Shown: one piece after another, positions 59,171 to 64,000 of the stretch
Layout: the number at the start of each line of letters is the position of its first letter
Position numbering within the stretch: position 1 is the stretch's first letter
The notes under the pieces: generated by a model
The model's input: the letters and a program-made list of their open reading frames with translations, nothing else
Databases searched by the model: none
Told to the model about the DNA's origin: nothing
Source: Candidatus Micrarchaeota archaeon
Lineage (GTDB): Archaea; Micrarchaeota; Micrarchaeia; Anstonellales; Bilamarchaeaceae
Assembly: GCA_043821365.1 (NCBI GenBank)
Contig: JBDRCX010000006.1
Location: 448,001-512,000 of the forward strand
Length of the DNA stretch: 64,000 nucleotides
Direction: 5' to 3'
Position numbers and translations under genes: made by a program

Positions 59171-59682
59171 GAATAATCATAACAGGAACTCCAGGAACAG
59201 GAAAATCAATAATTGCAAAGAAACTTGCAGATGAATTAAACCTGGAGCTTATAGACATAAAAAAACTTGTTCTAGCTAAAAAACTCAGAAACAAAAAACA
59301 TGAAGTTGATATCAAAAAATTAGCACAAAATCTCAAGTTTCTAAAAACCAAAAAAGACTATGTTGTTGAAGGGCATCTTGCATGTGAGTTGTTTTTACCG
59401 AACGACTTCGTCGTTGTTTTACGTACAAATCCAAAAGTTCTCAAAAAAAGACTTGAAAAAAGAAAATACAGCAAAAGAAAAACACAAGAGAACTTGGCAG
59501 TTGAAATATTAGATTATTGTACTCAGAGGGTGATGATGTTCTATAAGAGAAAACCACTTGAGCTTGACACTTCCCAAAGGTCTCTCCAATCAAATATCCT
59601 TGAGATAAAAAAAGCAATAAAGCAAAAGAAGAAAAAGATTGACTGTGTTGACTATTCTGGATTTATCATTGAGGGATATTGA
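59167..59682 (+). CDS. Adenylate kinase AK6/Fap7-like
   Basis: ITGTPGTGKS, VVEGHL, VLRTNP, KTQEN. Confidence 0.92.
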   Translation: MRIIITGTPGTGKSIIAKKLADELNLELIDIKKLVLAKKLRNKKHEVDIKKLAQNLKFLKTKKDYVVEGHLACELFLPNDFVVVLRTNPKVLKKRLEKRKYSKRKTQENLAVEILDYCTQRVMMFYKRKPLELDTSQRSLQSNILEIKKAIKQKKKKIDCVDYSGFIIEGY

Positions 59683-60185
59683 TGGAAAAGGAAGAAAAAA
59701 AACTTATCGAAGCTGCTCTTTTCATCAGCTCCCGTGCCATGACCATCGAGGAATTCCGTACTCTTACTGGTATCGGTGCTCTTGGTTATCTTCAAACTGT
59801 TGTTGATGAATTAAAAAAAGATTATGAAGATCGTGCAATCGAAATAATAGAAATAGAAGGAAAGTACTCCATGCAAGTAAAAAATAATTATTTACAAAGA
59901 GTAAAGCAATTTGCACAGGATATTGAAATAAGCAAGTCTGCACTTCGTACTTTGGCGTATATTTCAAAAAATGATGGAATCTTGAAATCACTTTTAGTAA
60001 AACGAATTGGTACAAAAGTATACTCAGATGTTCATGAGTTGGTTGATGCTGGGTTTGTAAAAGCCCACAAAGCAGGAAGAACCAAGAAACTAACCCTAAC
60101 CGAGAAGTTTAAGAAATATTTTGTTCAACAAAAACAACCTGTTGATGAAACTCAGTCAACACCAGAGACACAACAAACAGAATGA
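59682..60185 (+). CDS. scpB: SMC-ScpAB subunit ScpB
   Basis: IEAALF, LRTLAYI, LTEKFKKYF. Confidence 0.88.
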   Translation: MEKEEKKLIEAALFISSRAMTIEEFRTLTGIGALGYLQTVVDELKKDYEDRAIEIIEIEGKYSMQVKNNYLQRVKQFAQDIEISKSALRTLAYISKNDGILKSLLVKRIGTKVYSDVHELVDAGFVKAHKAGRTKKLTLTEKFKKYFVQQKQPVDETQSTPETQQTE

Positions 60186-60214
60186 TGGTTGTTAACACTT
60201 TTTTTATTCATTTA

Positions 60215-60296
60215 GCTGAGGTCGCATAACCTGGTAGTGCGCCGGTCTTGAAAACCGGTCCCTTCGGGATCGCAGGTTCAAATCCTGCCCTCAGCG
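60215..60296 (+). tRNA. tRNA-Ser(UGA)
   Basis: GCTGAGG/CCTCAGC acceptor, CCGGT-CT-TGA-AA-ACCGG anticodon arm, long variable arm, GCAGG-TTCAAAT-CCTGC. Confidence 0.96.
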
Positions 60297-60331
60297 TTCC
60301 ATTTTTTTGAAAAAAAACTTATTATTAAAAA

Positions 60332-61108
60332 TCAACTAAAAACCAATCCTATTCCTAAGACAACAATCAAAATCCCCAAAGCAAAAATTATCTTATAAAA
60401 GTCCTTTCTTGCAGCAATTTTCAATAAATAATCAATAGTAATAAAACCAACAACTGCTGCGACAATGCCTCCAAAGATCAATTCACCAGAAATGGAAAAA
60501 TCTCCTTTTATTAGTGGCAAAGCCAATTCTACCCCCAAAACAGTTGGAATGCTCATCAAGAAGCTTAGTTTTAGTGATTCTTTTAATGAAAAATCTCTTC
60601 CAAGCAGTGCAACTAATGTAACCCCAGATCTACTTACACCTGGGAGTGCAGAAAGCCCCTGTGCCAACCCAACCAAAATTGCATTTTTACTAGTTAATTC
60701 TGCACCGAAATTTTCATTTCTATTTCTGTGCAAATATGCTATTATAATCAAAACAAATCCTATAAAAATTGTAAAAACTGAATCAGGAAATTCAAAATTA
60801 AGAGCAATAAATAATAATGGCAATCCAATAATCCCAGTCATCAAGGTTGTTATTATCAAAAAAACCAAAAGCTCTTTTTTTCCTTTTCTAAAGACACTCT
60901 TAATTATCTCAATTATGTCTTTTCTAAAATAAACAATGGCAGCCAAAAGAGTTCCACTGTGTAAAAATATTGCAGTGCTTAAAGCATCCTGGTAGCTCAT
61001 ACCAAAAAGAAATTTACCAACTAAAGCAACCATTGCTTTTGAACTGACTGGCAGCCATTCAGTTATGCCCTGTATAATTCCTAAGATGATGGCTTGTAAT
61101 ATGTCCAT
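60332..61108 (-). CDS. uppP: Undecaprenyl-diphosphate phosphatase UppP/BacA
   Basis: GIIQGITEWLPVSS, HSGT, LPGVSRSG, SFLMSIP. Confidence 0.95.
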   Translation of the reverse strand: MDILQAIILGIIQGITEWLPVSSKAMVALVGKFLFGMSYQDALSTAIFLHSGTLLAAIVYFRKDIIEIIKSVFRKGKKELLVFLIITTLMTGIIGLPLLFIALNFEFPDSVFTIFIGFVLIIIAYLHRNRNENFGAELTSKNAILVGLAQGLSALPGVSRSGVTLVALLGRDFSLKESLKLSFLMSIPTVLGVELALPLIKGDFSISGELIFGGIVAAVVGFITIDYLLKIAARKDFYKIIFALGILIVVLGIGLVFS

Positions 61109-61136
61109 ATAATTCGATTTCTCTTATGATTTTAAA

Positions 61137-61204
61137 ATGGGGTTCTGAAGGGGCTTGCCCTTACAAATGGGGTTCGAGGGGTTTCCGAACCCCTCAAAGA
61201 ACCA
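61137..61204. repeat. Dispersed palindromic element, copy 2, preceded by a degenerate tandem copy
   Basis: atggggttctgaaggggcttgccctt...atggggttcgagggg-tttccgaa-cccctcaaagaacca. Confidence 0.8.
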
Positions 61205-61367
61205 TTATCCGCAGAATTCGGAGCTATTTCATTCTTTTTGGGGGATGAATGAGCGAGCTTGACGAAAACCGCTTTGGAAACATATATTATTGTTGTGCAA
61301 GTTTAAAAATTAAGGCAAAATTAAAAACACAACGGTTATTTTATATATCATTGCCCTATATTTAAAG

Positions 61368-61769
61368 GTGAATTCTATGGAAGCAAACCGAATCGTTGTA
61401 GAACTTTTTTTGGAAAAGCCAAATTTTCAAGAAGTTTCGACAGTTTCTCGTGCTCTTGAAACTGCAGGTATTGTGCCAATCATGATGCCGCCAGAAGACC
61501 GTGAGATAAATACTCATCTTGTTGTTGAAAAGGCTGATTTAGAACTTGCAAGGGCCAAAATAAAAGAACTTGGATTAAAAGCAATTGAAAAAGAAGTAAT
61601 AATTATTACCCTTGAAAACAAACCCGGAACAATGGCCGAGGCTGCAGGAAAGATTTCTGCATCTGGTATTAACCTTACATATGCCTTTTCCGTTACTATG
61701 ACTCCGACATTGTCCTATGTTCTTTTGGGAACTGCAGATAATGAAGCTGCTTTGAAAGCTCTTCAATAA
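61368..61769 (+). CDS. ACT domain protein
   Basis: ENKPGTMAEAAGKISASGINLTYAF. Confidence 0.85.
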   Translation: MNSMEANRIVVELFLEKPNFQEVSTVSRALETAGIVPIMMPPEDREINTHLVVEKADLELARAKIKELGLKAIEKEVIIITLENKPGTMAEAAGKISASGINLTYAFSVTMTPTLSYVLLGTADNEAALKALQ

Positions 61770-61787
61770 TTTTCATTAATTGTTTAA

Positions 61788-63978
<2,191 letters not shown>

Positions 63979-64000
63979 AGCCCTTCATTTTCTCCTGAAG

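Noticed and set aside
42238-60296. Integrated element at tRNA-Ser containing the membrane-protein operon
   Set aside because: No integrase and no duplicated tRNA 3' end seen; housekeeping AK6 and scpB lie between the locus and the tRNA.

Overview
This is an AT-rich archaeal chromosomal window. The gene set, multi-intron tRNA and many orphan surface proteins suggest a DPANN lineage, probably Micrarchaeota-like (inference). Housekeeping content: the rps19e-PDCD5-rpl39e-rpl31e-eIF6-rplX-pfdA-ftsY cluster, fibrillarin, pyrB/pyrI, tmk, DEAD-box helicase, SRP RNA, Bud32, CDC48, RPA-like, TrmI, Pop5, YchF, EndA-like, HerA-like, Elp3, AK6, ScpB, UppP, PurA, and two tRNAs. The standout locus is 41.9-57.8 kb. 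It holds a tightly coupled minus-strand operon of six paralogous multi-pass membrane proteins that resemble CedA/VirB6-type transfer-channel subunits, followed by a 1326-aa Cys-rich putative lipoprotein and a zinc-ribbon protein. A 1300-aa membrane protein with a repeat-containing tail is transcribed divergently. This is a candidate undescribed cell-contact or DNA/protein-transfer apparatus. Other notable items: a LAGLIDADG ORF overlapping a two-intron tRNA-Glu, a >1062-aa orphan ORF missed by the ORF track, a non-catalytic EndA subunit, an SRP RNA lacking the helix-6 GNAR loop, and dispersed palindromic hairpin elements. All homology calls are by eye, with no database searches.
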